A stretch of 63,833 nt of DNA, filler included, from Kipferlia bialata (Eukaryota): NCBI GenBank assembly GCA_003568945.1. It is 7 parts of 6 records of this genome, joined end to end, with 100 filler letters (N's around TTAATTAATTAA, not from the genome) between each part and the next. Parts side by side here need not be neighbours in the genome. Positions count along the whole stretch, not along the records: positions 48,938 to 61,484 come from BDIP01001068.1; positions 61,585 to 63,833 come from BDIP01001113.1; 5 more parts are not named here. One strand, written 5' to 3'. Under the pieces are notes generated by a model, which was not told the origin of the DNA, ran no database searches, and was given only the letters and a program-made list of their open reading frames with translations. Position numbers and translations under genes: made by a program. Shown in pieces: positions 49,455 to 63,386 of this stretch. Numbering within the stretch: the first letter of the stretch is position 1; each line of letters begins with the position of its first letter.

Positions 49455-52400
49455 ATGTCCAGCATGTCAAGTGATGACTGTGCGTCACATACATACCCCT
49501 TTGTGGCCCACAAGGCATTCAAACCGTACAGGTGTGATGGAACACATGTCACACCCTGTGACGTTGTCACACTCTGCCCTGGGACCATGGTACGGTTCAT
49601 AGTCGTGGATGAGGGCACCACTGTCACACCCATGCATCTCTCAGAGGCTGGGGAGACGGTGCCATATCCATCGGGTATCACCCACATACCATTCCCAGCC
49701 TATGGTGTCCGAGAGGGAGATTGCCTGGTGGGTGTGGAGTGGGATATGGCTGAGAGAGACAGATTGGGCAAGGGAGATGGAGATGGGAGCAACATGGAGG
49801 GGCAGCGAGAGGATATGCTTGGAGGCACCAAGGCCAAGAGATGCTGCCGTATCCTTCCCTCCCTCCAAAAGGAGGACTACATCGATCCTGCCAGGCCCTG
49901 TGGAGAGGTTTCCAAAATGATGATGCACCTAATACCACGGCCTGGCAAGACACCTCTTTGCCTGGGTCCCTATGAGTTCTATTTCCAAAAGGATGACCCT
50001 TTTGTGGACACTCACTATGACGAAAAGGCACATGTGATTATTGGAGATACAAGGAGGGCTTTTGAGGACCAAGAGACCCAGGAGTGGCCACTTGTGGGTT
50101 GCGAGGGGGACTACTCTATGGTATCGCAGAGACCGATACTCTGGGATGTGGATGTAGTACACGTTGCTATTGCGAGCGCTCACTCTGTTGAGTGTGGCAT
50201 GCTACCCTACAGAGTGTCAATTCCACCTGTCATCCAGCTGGCGATGCTGGGGTATCAATATCTGCACCAGACAGCAAGGTATCGTGATTCCTCTCTCAAT
50301 AGTCTAATCATCTCATTGCAGGCTACTCCATCAGCAGCTTTTCATAGTCAATACAAATATTTGATATATTTCATATCACCAGAGGTACCAAAGACACAGT
50401 TGTGTCCCCCATGGCTGTATGTAGGCGAAATATTGTATATCTACGTCGCCTCTCACTTCCAGTCAACTCAACACTATCCCAGCCAATGTGGCATTCCGTC
50501 ACTGTCGCTCCTTGTCAGCACTGGGATATGTCAGGGACGCCCTAAGGGTGGTGAATGGTACACTCACAGGGCTGGAGAGGGTGGCTGGGTTGTGTGGCTT
50601 AAAGATGGGACTCTCAGATACAGAGATTAGTCTTTGCGAAAAGATTGTCCAGTCGAGCGGGATAGTAGCCAATGAGGAAGGGATAGTTGCTGCATTCTGC
50701 ATAGGGATGCAAGGCTCCAAGGTGGATGATGTCTTGATGATGGACAGTCCCTTTGTGCGGCATGTGTGTGCCCTGGCCACCATCGCACAGGGAGTCAATG
50801 TACCCATCAGCATTCCAAGTGTGCCTGTGGTGGACGCCCTCTGCCAGGTGTCAGCAGCGCTGTATCCAGACAGACCTCTCTTCAGCGCATCGACCTCCAC
50901 CCAAGAGGAGTATCTCTCTGTTGTGATCACTGCAGCAGCACGGGCACCCCTCTATATGCCTTTCTGGAGAGATGTGTCACGTGTCATATTATTGATCACC
51001 CCTGAGTCTAGACTAGAGTCTAGTACATGTGTCCTGGACCTCTCCCTCCTATCACTAGAGACCCTGCCCCCTGGACACACCATGGCTAACATCTTATCAC
51101 TGCTGCACAGGGTATCCTTTAGAGCCCTTGTGGGTGCTAGGAGGCTGTCTCTCTTGCTACACCCATCGGTCCCACCTCTTCTTGCAGATGTGTTGGAAGC
51201 AGCCCTCTTGTCGAAGGAGGATATGGAGAATGATGCTCTCGAGTATGAGGACTATGATGGCCCGTATGATCTATATCCATCAGTGGCTGGGGTTTCTTTC
51301 ACCCCCTACAAGATACTTATGCATATTCCAGGTTCGGTGTGTGTAGGTGTCTTTCTCTTAGTTCAGTGTTGTAGATGTCTTGGAACACAATGATTAATTA
51401 CTTTCAAGTATAGTGTTCCTTGCATTCATACACACTGAGACTCACTAACAGGGTCTTCCTATCCAGTGACTGTGCGGGGGTGGCAACAGCTTGTGCCTCT
51501 CTCGCAGACAGAGGTTAGTGCTATATTTATTACATCTTCTCCTCCTATATTTCAATTCATGTAGTGGCAGATATGTTGCCCTTCAGTAAGAAACGTTGGT
51601 GACACACTGGTACAAGGGAATCACTAGAGTTCCACACTATCTCCATCCCATTCGAACTATAATCCCAGACGTTCTGCTTCGGTCCGCACAACGACCCCAC
51701 CAAAGATCCTCTAAACGATTTCATGTCTATTGCATCGGACAGGCAAATGCTTAGAGGAGAATACGAGGATGTCCTAAGTGGTGACATCCCATCTCTACAC
51801 GAGGCAGTTGCCCAGCCGGTGTTAGCACCAGAGACCAGCAGTAGCCTGCAGTGCGGTATATGGCGCAGATCGGTGGATGAGAGTACTGGCCACGTTGAGC
51901 ACTTCTGGGATCCTATCCTTTGCAATCCAAGAGCCCAAGGAAGGCAACCTGTCTATATCTCCGGCTGCATTCACTACTACCTGCCTCTCAGCGACACCCA
52001 CCCTCCCTCCGTGCTCACCCTGGACCTCGCCACCCATGACTGGAGCACACATCCGTCTGAGGAATCCCTCGGGTATGGACTCGTCTGTGAGATGCATGGG
52101 TGCCTCAGTGTACTGGCGGAAGGTAGCATTCCGGGGCATCGGGCGGTGTGGATGTGTGAGGTGACGGCCGGGTATCGCTGGCACTGCGGCACTGTTGCTG
52201 TTACGGGATCAGGGGGTGGGGGCAGTACACTGTGCAGAGAGAGAGATGACCACAGCGCTGGGTATTTGGAGGGTTCAGTTGTCATCAACAGCTATTCATC
52301 ATGCCAGGAGGAAACATCTGACTATATCATCACCCCATACCTGCTGGACAACTCACTAAGACTGTCCCCGCTTACACCTGACAGAATAGGGGGACATGTC

Positions 52401-52712
52401 ACCCTGGGTTCATGCGGCCTTCGAGCTCACCAGAGCGGTATCCGCGCCCTGTTACTCCAGGATGCAGTCAGTGGATCATGGTCGCAGCCATATACCGTCC
52501 CAGATGACCTTCCACCTCAGTTGGTAGTCATTGACCAGTTCACAGTGCTGGCCCTGGGAGAAGAGGGCAGGACATACCTGATCAACCTGCAGGAGTGGCT
52601 GTGGAACAATTGCATGGAGGCGGCACATGAGAGGCTCACTATTATGGACTTCGCAGCATCACGAGAACGGGTTGGAACTGGTCCTGAGAATGCGTATTAC
52701 ATAATGTTGTGA
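49455..52712 (+). CDS. Large lineage-specific protein (about 5 introns) with a C-terminal kelch-like propeller
   Basis: ORFs 49455-, 50488- and 51723- can be linked by GT-AG introns. The C-terminal VLTLDLATHDWS and QDAVSGSWS segments are kelch-like. Confidence 0.6.
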
Positions 52713-52966
52713 GTCACTTTGGTGATCACATTACTGATATGAGAGTTTTGCTCAAGCGTGAGAATATTATGTCTGATATATAGTATATTCAATACTGTTA
52801 CCATCAGTAATACTCATTTTCCCAACCGAATTTTAGACTTGAAGAATCGATATAATATGGACTCACTGATGTCAATGAAATCGACGTCATACATCTGGTA
52901 CTCTTCATTTATGGTTGCCCTATCGCTACATCAGTACGTGTCACAATGCATACAGTCCTTGTCTAT

Positions 52967-54085
52967 CTACTGACTGGTGTTGTGGGTACCGCACTCTGGG
53001 CACTTGTAGCACACAAAGTGCCTCTTGTCAGTCCAAGTGTTCTCACACTCCCTAGGGGGTCAGAGGAAGAGTATAACGATAGTACCTATATATATATAAT
53101 CACATATATGTCTGTACCTGCAGTGCACTTCGACCGGTGTCTGCAGGTGCTCTGGGATCACGTATGCGGCCCTCCTCTGTGCCATCCAGTCCTCCCAGGA
53201 CTGCTAAAGGTTTAGAGGCATGGATATCAACGCGATATGCATAATCGTGTAAGAATATAGTCCTTCCATATATCAACGCGATATCTATCAATCGTGTAGC
53301 TCCGTACCTTGTCCTTCCCCTCCAGGACCAGCTTGTTGCACAGGGGGCAGGTGTACATGTGGTTCTCCTCGCACTTGACACTGGGGGTGAGGGAGGGGAA
53401 TACGAAGATAGGTTGAATAATATTGTAAATATACAGAGTGAGTGATACTGGACACTGGGGGTGAGGGGGGGAAGTATAGTATACTCATATTCAAAGAGGC
53501 TGAAAAGTCTACATCAAGAGAAAGAGAGAGAGAGAATACACGTACAGGCACTTGTGGTGGACGCAGTGAAAGAGTGGTCACAGATAGATATCTAAAGCAC
53601 ATATATATTCAATATTACATATATACACTATTACTCACAGGCACTTGTGGTGGACGCAGTGTCCACAGGGGAGTATCACACTTGTATATTCAACATATTA
53701 TATGTATCCGTATACATAGTAATGTCAATACATATACTATCATACGTACAGGCACTTGTGGTGGACGCAGTGCCCACATGGCAGCACAATGGTGGCAAAG
53801 ACAGAGTGCATCAAGGGGTCAGCACAGATGGGACAATCCTGGTATAAAGGGGGTAGAGGGTGAGAGAGAGAGTGCATCAGGGGGTCAGCACAGATGGGGC
53901 AGTCCTAGAATTAAGGGTGTAGGGGGGGGGAGGGAGAGAGAGATAGTTAGGGGGTCAGCACAGATGGGGCAGTCCTAGAGTTAGATAAGTACACATACAT
54001 GTAAATAAACATATAAATGGTGTATAGATGTATACTAATATGCTATGCATCACAGATGGGACAGTCCTGGTATTAAGGGGGTAGG

Positions 54086-54132
<47 letters not shown>

Positions 54133-54579
54133 TGTACCTTGGTGGGCTTTGCGCATCTGTGGCTGTCGAAGTACTGGGAGAAGTAGCATGTGTTGCACTC
54201 GTCACAGTGCTTGAGCATGCCATCAAGGGCTACACGGCACACACCTAGGGGTAAGGGATATTGTATCCATATATAATAATACACATAACATACAGCATAT
54301 ACAGAAGTACATACCACGTAATATTTACAGTATATACAGAACTACATACCACACTGGTCGCAATGCACAGTGGGCTTCGTGTCTGGGCCGGTGGAGTCAA
54401 ACAGCCTGGGGGGTTAATATGATAATGCTATATATATATATAGTCAAAGAGCCTGGGTCAACGTTGGGAAAATTGGATAGTGAAGTAACAGCCTTTCAAA
54501 TACCATATATTAGTCAATACCTGCAAGGTCCGCAGTAGTGGTCTGCGTAGACTGTCCCACACTTCTCCCTCTCTCTCTC

Positions 54580-54621
<42 letters not shown>

Positions 54622-56687
54622 TCTCTCTCTCTCTCTTTATATATATATATATATATGTATATGAATATATATATACATACCTACAGGGTCCGCAGTAGTG
54701 GTCTGCGTAGACTGTGCCGCACTTCTCGCAGTGGTCCATGATACCAGACTCGTGGCCACACTCTAGGCACCTAATGCGCTGGATCTCAAACCTATACGTG
54801 AGGTACATGGATATATAAAAGAAGAGAGAGAGACAGGATAGGAAGCGATGTGAGGGGACTATAAATCTGATGCCAGAGAGAGATGTATATATATACAAAC
54901 CTAGGCATCGCGTGGTCCACAATCTCTGCTGCTCATATATATATATGATAGAGATATAGGTAGATATATATATATACATATACACTATATATGTGTGTAT
55001 ATATACCTAGGCATCGCGTGGTCCACAATCTCTGCGTCGTGGCAGCGTCTGCACATGTACCACTCCCCACACACAGAGCACTGGGCCTCGCACTTCCTAG
55101 GGGTGAATGGCACTTAATATGTCTATATACATATATACTATACCTGATGTAGTCACTCTACTATATATATGAATATAAATACATCCTGTATACATATACT
55201 ATACCTTATGTAGTGTGGGCACCCCCTCCTTCTGACTGAGTATATATTCATCTATATCTTACTATATACTATATATACTATATATATATATATATATATA
55301 TACATACCTGATGTAGTGTGGGCACCCCCTCCTTCTGACTGAGTATACATACATCTCTCCCTATACTATACATATACATGTATACATACATATATACATC
55401 CTGTACCTGATGTAGTGTGGGCACCCCCTCCTTCTGACTGAGTATATATACATCCCTCTGGCTCTATCTACTATGCATACTCTCTCTTGCTATATACTAT
55501 ATATATATATTCATACATATATGTCTACATACCTTATGTAGTGTGGGGACCCTCTCCTTCTGACTGAGAATATACACCTCTCACTCCCTATATACTTTAT
55601 ATATATATGTGTGTGTGTGTGTATATATGTATGTATATATATATATATATATACCTGATGTAGTGTGGGCACCCCCTCCTTCTGACTGGGTCTGGCAGGA
55701 CACGCAGGTATACACAGTCAGCTGGGATGTCATCGTAGTTCTCCTGGGGTTGGATAGAGAATCATTTATGGTTAAATAGAGGAACACAGAGAGAGTGGGG
55801 AAATGAGTAAGAAGGACAAGAAACTGAACATGAGTCTGATGTCATCGTAGTTCTCCTGGGGTTAGAGAGAGGTTCATCTATACTATAGTATATACATGCA
55901 TAGATTACTGATACTGATACTGATGTTATAGTAGTTCTCCTGGTATGTTAGATAGAGAATCATTTATACTATAGTATACATGTATAGATACTGATACTGA
56001 TACTGATGTCATCGTAGTTCTCCGGGGGTTAGATAGAGGACAGGGAATAGAGGAAGGAAGAGAGTTCATATTGTAGAAGTATCAATTTAGATTATAGTAT
56101 ACATACATACCTCCTCCTTCTCCTTCTCCTTCTCCTCCTCCTTCTCCTTCTCTCCCTCTCCCTCGGCAGCCTCAGCCTCAGTCTCCTCCTCTCCGTCTCT
56201 CTCCCTCTCTCTCTCTCTCTCCATATCAGCATCAGCAGCGGCCTCAGCCTCAGCCTCAGCCTCAGCATCAGCCTCTGCCTCTACGTCTGCGAGTACATCA
56301 CCCTCGGCAGCGACCAGGGCCTCCATCAGCTCGGCCTCCATTCCTACGCGGTCAGAAACACTCATCGCGTAAGAAATAACGTATATATAAATATAGCATG
56401 ATGTACCTGTCAGCTCCTCCTCTGTGTTTCCAATCTCCATGTCCACATCATATGTAGTGTCGGTCCCCTCTGTGGCCTCTGTCTCTGTGGTACCCTCCTC
56501 CTCCTCCTCCAGGGCGTGGAGCATGTCCTCTAGGTTCTCAGGGTCAAGACCAGCAGCAATACGGGCCCTGGGGTTAGTATATAAATAAGGCTTTAATTAA
56601 TACTGTATATAAAATAATATACCTCTGCATGGCCTCTGCTGCCTGCTGGGCTGCAACAATAAACCACACAGTAAATATATACATATA

Positions 56688-56725
<38 letters not shown>

Positions 56726-59027
56726 CACCTCTGCATGGCCTCTGCTGGGCTGCAACAATAAACCACACAATATATATATATATATATATATATATACTAT
56801 TATATATATATATATATATATATCCCACCTCTGCATGGCCTCTGCTGCCTGTACTTCATACGCTATACAACTAAAATAGATACATATATACCATCACCCT
56901 CTCTCTAATGAATATATTATATACATAAATATATACAAAATAGCAACAATGTACCTCTGCATGGCCTCTGCTGCCTGCTGGGCTGCAACCATGCGCTCCC
57001 TGGAGGGTAAGGGTATAGGAAACACAAAACAATCACAATACTCAATCACAATAATTCACGTATTTTACCTTGTAACTTATATCAATAGTGCTGTATCACA
57101 GTATATACCTGGATGGCATTGTTATCAGCAGGTCACATATCCATGTACGTATACTACCTAGCATATATATAATGCCATTCCTAGAATATATACATACATA
57201 TTTGTATATATACATATATATATGTATGTATATTCATGTATATGCATACCTGGATGGCATTGTCCTCAGCAGGTTACAGACCTCTCCCAGAGAGGACTTG
57301 GAGAGGGTCTCTGTACGGGCCTGGGGGTTAGGAACAAAGAATAAAACTACAATATTCTTTACAAAACAATAAATACACACACATATATGCTATAAGCACA
57401 TACTGGGACAGAGCCTCGGTGCGGGCCTGGGGGTAGAGTGTGACAACACAAAACAATGGGTACCACATATACATGATATATATCCACACACCTTCTCCGC
57501 CTCTGTCTGTGCCTCCGAGTCCTCTAGGCATATATATACTAAGACATAATATAACACATTTACTAATATATATGTATATATACATTATACCTTCTCCTCC
57601 TCTGTCTGTGCCTCTGTGTCCTCTGGGAATGCAATGCCAACAACAGTCTGCATGGTGGCATGGAAGGCCTCAACGATAGGCCTGAGTTTAGTATCAACAT
57701 ATGTATGTATATATATAAATGTATATATATATATGGAGAGAGAGGCACTGGATGTATGGTGGCATGGAAGGCCTCAACGATAGGCCTAGAGGGTGGGTAT
57801 ACACACACTACTCATCTATACACATATTGTATAAGTATATATGTATCCATCCATACTTTGCCTCCTCCGACACGTCTGCGTGCATCACCCTCCACTGCAC
57901 ATAGGTGGCCATGACATTGGTCAGAACTGGAGGTTAGTATAAGGTATATTGCATACACACACTCACACACACACATATATATATATATATATACATAATA
58001 GAATACTTCTTCACTGCACATAGGTGGCCATGACATTGGTCAGGACTGATGATTAGATTAATGGATATGGTATACTACCAACATGTATATGTGTAAATAT
58101 ATACTATGATAGAATACATCTCCACTACACATAGGTGGCTATGACATTGGTCAGGACTGGGGTTAGTGTATGAGGTATAATATATCAGTATAAAAGTATA
58201 TATACTATAATACAATGTATATTATAACTATACATAGGTGGACATGACATTGGTCAGGACTGGGAATGAGGGGATATATGAAACACAATACTTCAACCAT
58301 ATATATATATATATATATATATACATACGCATATATAATGTATACAGTCCACACCTGGGGGGAGTCTTCTAATGACCGACCCGATATCTCCATCACCGAG
58401 TAGGTTCAGCATATGTGTATCGTGTAGATTGTGTGTGGCATCGCGTAGAATACGGAATCTCCACTTTCTGAACACCAGTCCCAGCACAATTAAAACGATG
58501 TCTAGAGCGATGGTAGAGAGAGAGAGAGAGGTGGGGCGGACTCCAGCAAAGATAAACACTGCAGCAGCCACTATACAGGTCAGTACCCCCAGCATCTCAG
58601 GGCTGAGGGCTGGGGGTTAATATATTAGTATATGTACATATACAGAGTACACACTACCATATCTGCATCTGTCATTAACTAACCTACTGGCAGTCTTCCA
58701 CTGATGGGTATCACCCTCATAGAGCATACATGCATANNNNNNNNNNNNNNNNNNNNNNNNNNNNNNNACCCTCATAGAGCATACATGCATACATACATCT
58801 ATATAGAGTATAGTATATGCACCATATACACATTGTATCACTAACCTACTGGCAGTCTTCCACTGATGGGTATCACCCTCATGGGCTGCTCCTCAGGCTC
58901 AAGGCCAGCGGCAGCACGCTTCTAAGGGTGAGGGGGTTGATTATAAAGAGACCATAACTGGAAATAACTGGTTTTGAACGGTCACCCTGTCATACTTTAG
59001 GCATATATATATACGCATATCTATCTA

Positions 59028-59063
<36 letters not shown>

Positions 59064-61283
59064 CTACACATACCTCCGCTGCCTCCTTGGTCTTCCTGTC
59101 AAACTCAAGGCAGTCAGAGATGATCTGGTCGGCAGACAGTCTGGGGGTAAGAATACACTACGGATATATCAATACAATGTATACATAGAGAGAGAGGGAG
59201 AGAGGGAGAGAGATGATTTGGTCGGCAGAGAGCCTAGGGGTAAGGATACTAATACAATACTCATGGGTGCATGTGGCAAATAGAAATGTAAATACCAAGT
59301 ATTCCTCTATACCTGAATGTCTCATCCATCTTATACATATAGTATACATATATGATGTATCATATATCATATATACCATTTCATGTATCATACATATGAT
59401 ATATACATAATTACCTGAATGTCTCCTCCCTCTGGATGACAGCAGCAGACACCATATGTGATATACACATAGTATACACATATGTATATAGTGTATCATA
59501 TATCATATATATGATATATATGATATCTATTACACACCTGAATGTCTCCTCCCTCTGGATGACAGCAGCGGACACCTCGGCAGTCCTCTCCTGATGTGAG
59601 AGGGGAATATACAAGATATATATATACTATGTACCCAATACATTAATACATTACATATAGTTGTGATACCTCGTCTGTCCTCTCCTGGTGTGAGTATGGT
59701 GTGTGTATAGGTATCATGGTGTATATTCCAGTATAGAGTGGAATATACTATATACCACATGAATATATTTGACTACTTGACACTTCGGCTGCCTGGGGGG
59801 TGAGACGTGTACACATGCATATACTCTGCTCTTCTCCGGCAGTCATTATTTCTTGAGTGGTGAATAGTGTATATATCAGTCAGAATAATCATACCTCCCT
59901 CTCCCTCTCTGCAGCTGCCAGGGCCTCGGCACGGACCTGGAGGTGAAGGGATAAAGAAACCATGACACAGAGTATATATACAAATGATATTATTACAGAA
60001 ATACTATCAAAATATAGTAAAATACTAATAGAAATATGGTATATAGTAATGACTATATGTAAAAATGTATGTATGAATACACAAATGCATACCTTAGCGT
60101 TGTGCTTGGCCTGGCGCCTCTTGTTAATATATATATATATATATATGTACAATTATATATATGTTAATATCTCTATATACATATATATACGTACCTTAGC
60201 GTTGTGCTTGGCCTGGCGTCTCTTGTTCTCGTGGTACCTGGGGGTAAAGATACAGAAGGTATATGCAACCTGAACTTGCGCCCCATCTTGTCAGGACATA
60301 CTCATTGACGATATATATGCATGTGTGTGTGTGTATATATAATATCTATATATCCACCTGAAAATGCGCCCCATCTTGTCATCAATGATACTCATTTACT
60401 ATATTATATACATATATACATTATTAGATATATACACATATATATACAAATATATATAAAGTATTCTACATACATATACATATACATATATATATACATT
60501 TATATATATATATTCTACCTGAACATGCGCCCCATCTTGTCATCCATGATACCTATTGACTATATATACATGTGATATATATACATATATGTACATATTA
60601 ATGTATATATAATATCTATATATCCACCTGAACATGCGCCCCATCTTGTCATCCATGATGTACCGGAAGTGTTTGTGGTCCTGGGGGTCAGAGATACAAT
60701 GTAGGAGAGAAATATACATATATCACTCTCTCTCTCTCTATATACATGTAAATGTACACATACACACACATGAAGTGCTTGTGGTCCTAAGGGGTAAGAG
60801 ATACAGTGTAGGAGAGTAATACAATATATATGTATGTGTGGCTGCATCTGACCCTGGGGTCAGAGATACATCACAAGGGATTACAACTGATATATCAATA
60901 TGTCCATCTATATCTATATCTATATAAACATCTATATATATATATATATATTGTACTCCTCAAATGCACATATGAGCTGACTCCTTGCAATCCCCCCACT
61001 AATTCTATACATACGTATACATTTACGAGTGTACACATATATTTACCTCATACTCCTCAAATGCACATATGGGCAGCATGTCTGCCTCCTTGCAGTTCTC
61101 TCTCTCCCTATCTCTCTCTCTATCTACATATATATATATACAAATGAGGATATATACACATACCTCATACTCCTCAAATGCACAGATGGGCAGCATGTCT
61201 GACTCCTTGCAGTGGTCCTTGTCCACAATGTGGCCAAACTCATCAGTATCATTGCCAATGGCAAACACAAACTCACGGAGTAC
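52967..61283 (-). CDS. Pirh2/RCHY1-type E3 ligase (CHY + CTCHY + RING-H2 + zinc ribbon) with a long N-terminal extension containing a hydrophobic hairpin; 5' truncated
   Basis: Frame traced across about 22 exons: GCPHYIR|KCEAQCSVCGEWYMCRRCHD (CHY), HCDQCG|VCRV, DCPICADPLMHSVFATIVLPCGHCVHHKCL|...YTCPLCNK (RING-H2), YKCPECGTHNTSQ*. Confidence 0.88.
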
Positions 61284-61430
61284 CTAGAAGTAAGACATAA
61301 ATATGTATATACGTACAAATGTTTCTATATCACATAATATATATATAATACCGAAGATATAAGAGAGAGACAGATAGAGATCATCAGTGTCATTGCCAAT
61401 GGCAAACACAAACTCGCGGAGGACCTACCG

Positions 61431-61484
<54 letters not shown>

Positions 61485-61643
61485 NNNNNNNNNNNNNNNN
61501 NNNNNNNNNNNNNNNNNNNNNNNNNNNNTTAATTAATTAANNNNNNNNNNNNNNNNNNNNNNNNNNNNNNNNNNNNNNNNNNNNGTTTTTTTTTGGTGTG
61601 TCCCCCCCCCCCCCCCCCCCCCCCCCGTACTTCCCCACCCCAG

Positions 61644-63047
61644 ACATGTTCTCTGACATCGGGGTGTCTCTGTTTGAGTGTGCAGAGGCAGTGAGGCCCC
61701 ACCTCTTGGTATCCACCCCAGTCACAGTGCCAGCTGTGCATATTGCAGAGGTAGGGGGAGAGGGTCATTAAGATGTATCTACATCATGCACCCCCCCCCC
61801 CCCACCCCAGGCCATGTCCATCCCCCTTGTGTACTGTTTCACAATGCCCTGGACAGCCAGTGGGGAGTACCCCCACCTCTTCTTCCCCATCCGACTGCCC
61901 CAGGTGGCCAAGGGGGAGGGGGAGGGGGAGGGGACAGGGAGTAGGGGCCACCAGCTGCTGCAGACAGCTAGGTACGGAGTAACGGAAGTCAATGCAAACA
62001 AACTGTTCTCGTGGTATTGTAGTTCTGTTTGATCAATCTACCCCCCCCCACCCCCAGCCACTCTTTGAACAAGGCCACCTGGCTAGTGTTTGATGAGGCC
62101 TTTGCCGATGTGTTTCTGAGACCCATGAACAGACTCAGAAAGAGGATGGGGCTGGCGTCTGTTTCAGTGCTCTCAGCACCACATCGGGGGATGCATGCCT
62201 CAAAGAACAGCCACTTGGGCAAACACGCAGGTATATGGGCATACTTCAATACTTTGCTTCTCTTCCTGTCTACTGTACTTACAATCCCTCCCAACTTTTA
62301 GGCCGCCATCCCTACCGAGCCCCCTACTACATCTACCACTTCTCCCCCTCCGTGGTGCCTGTGCCTGTGTCCTGGGGGAGTCTGTCTAGGGTGCATGTCA
62401 CAGGGTATGTGCACCCCCCACCTGCATTGGACATATGCCCAGAGGGGGAGAGAGAGGCTAGGGTAGAGGCCCAGCAGCGTGTACTAGCCTTTGTTGATTC
62501 ATGCTCCCATGCCTCCCCCCCTGTACCTGTTATGTATGCTGGGTTTGGGTCTGTGCCTGATATGCCCAGACTGGAGTCATCCCTCCTCTCCTGCTGCACT
62601 GACCTAGGGGTGGCTGTGGTGCTGTGCTCAGGGTGGAGTGAAGCGGGGGAGAGGGAGAGTGGGGATCACCCTATGGTGCATCGGGCCCAGTACATTGACC
62701 ACAGTGTGCTCTTCCCCCTGTGTCTATGCGCACTACATCACGGGGGAGCGGGCACCACAGCTGCCTGCCTCCTAGCCGGGTGCCCCTCCCTCACCGTCCC
62801 CCACATGGGTGATCAGTTCTTCAACGCAGCATGCCTCCAGTCACTGGGGGCAGGGGTCACAGTGCCGGGGGGAAGTCCCACACTCTTTGCCAAGCACTTA
62901 AGACCTGCCCTGCAGGGTATACTGGGCAGTGACAGGGCGAGACTGGCCGCCCAGGCAGCAGGGCAACAGCTGAGGCAGGAGAGAGGGCTGGAGAAGACAG
63001 TCGATGTCATTGCCTCGGTGGTAGATAGACACATAGGGCAACTGTGA
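61644..63047 (+). CDS. Sterol 3-beta-glucosyltransferase (UGT80/Atg26-like GT-B fold), 5' truncated
   Basis: HIAE|AMSIP...FTMPWTASGEYPH, YAGFGSV, GWS, DHSVLFP, HHGGAGTTAACLLAGCPSLTVPHMGDQFF. Confidence 0.92.
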
Positions 63048-63386
63048 CGCTCTGGTACAATATTAGTAAACACGTGTGGCGTTTCTACATTGTAGTTGGG
63101 CATATGCAGAGCTTCTACTTAGACATCTAACTGGTCACAGGGTGTGAGTCACACCGTGTGACATAATTGATTCCAGTATCGAGTTGAGACTATTCTTTCA
63201 ATATGCAAACAATGGTCACGATGTTTGTGTCTCTCTCTTTGTCTGGCTGAAGATTCACCCTGTCTGTCACACAGAGCAAGTTGGTGCTTATACTGTGAAG
63301 TGGTTGACCAGTGAGTGTGTAAGAGTCCGTTATTGCTTGTGTAAGAGCTTCATAGCGTTCGAGAAGGCGTGTGTGATACCTTCTCT

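Noticed and set aside
55140..55690. Repeat-spacer array resembling CRISPR
   Set aside because: The repeats are copies of a eukaryotic exon end plus GT donor, the spacers are TA-rich intron filler, and no cas genes are present.
111..61318. Many track ORFs made of SLSLSL, YIYIYI or ERERER, and antisense ORFs over GC-rich genes
   Set aside because: These are translations of intronic microsatellites or shadows of high-GC3 coding strands.
6595..61584. Recurrent TTAATTAATTAA flanked by N runs
   Set aside because: Artificial concatenation linker, so gene neighbourhoods across the linkers are not real synteny.
9139..63047. Alternative genetic code (TAA/TAG = Gln, as in hexamitid diplomonads)
   Set aside because: TAA, TAG and TGA all end recognisable proteins at expected positions, and long ORFs lack internal TAR codons.
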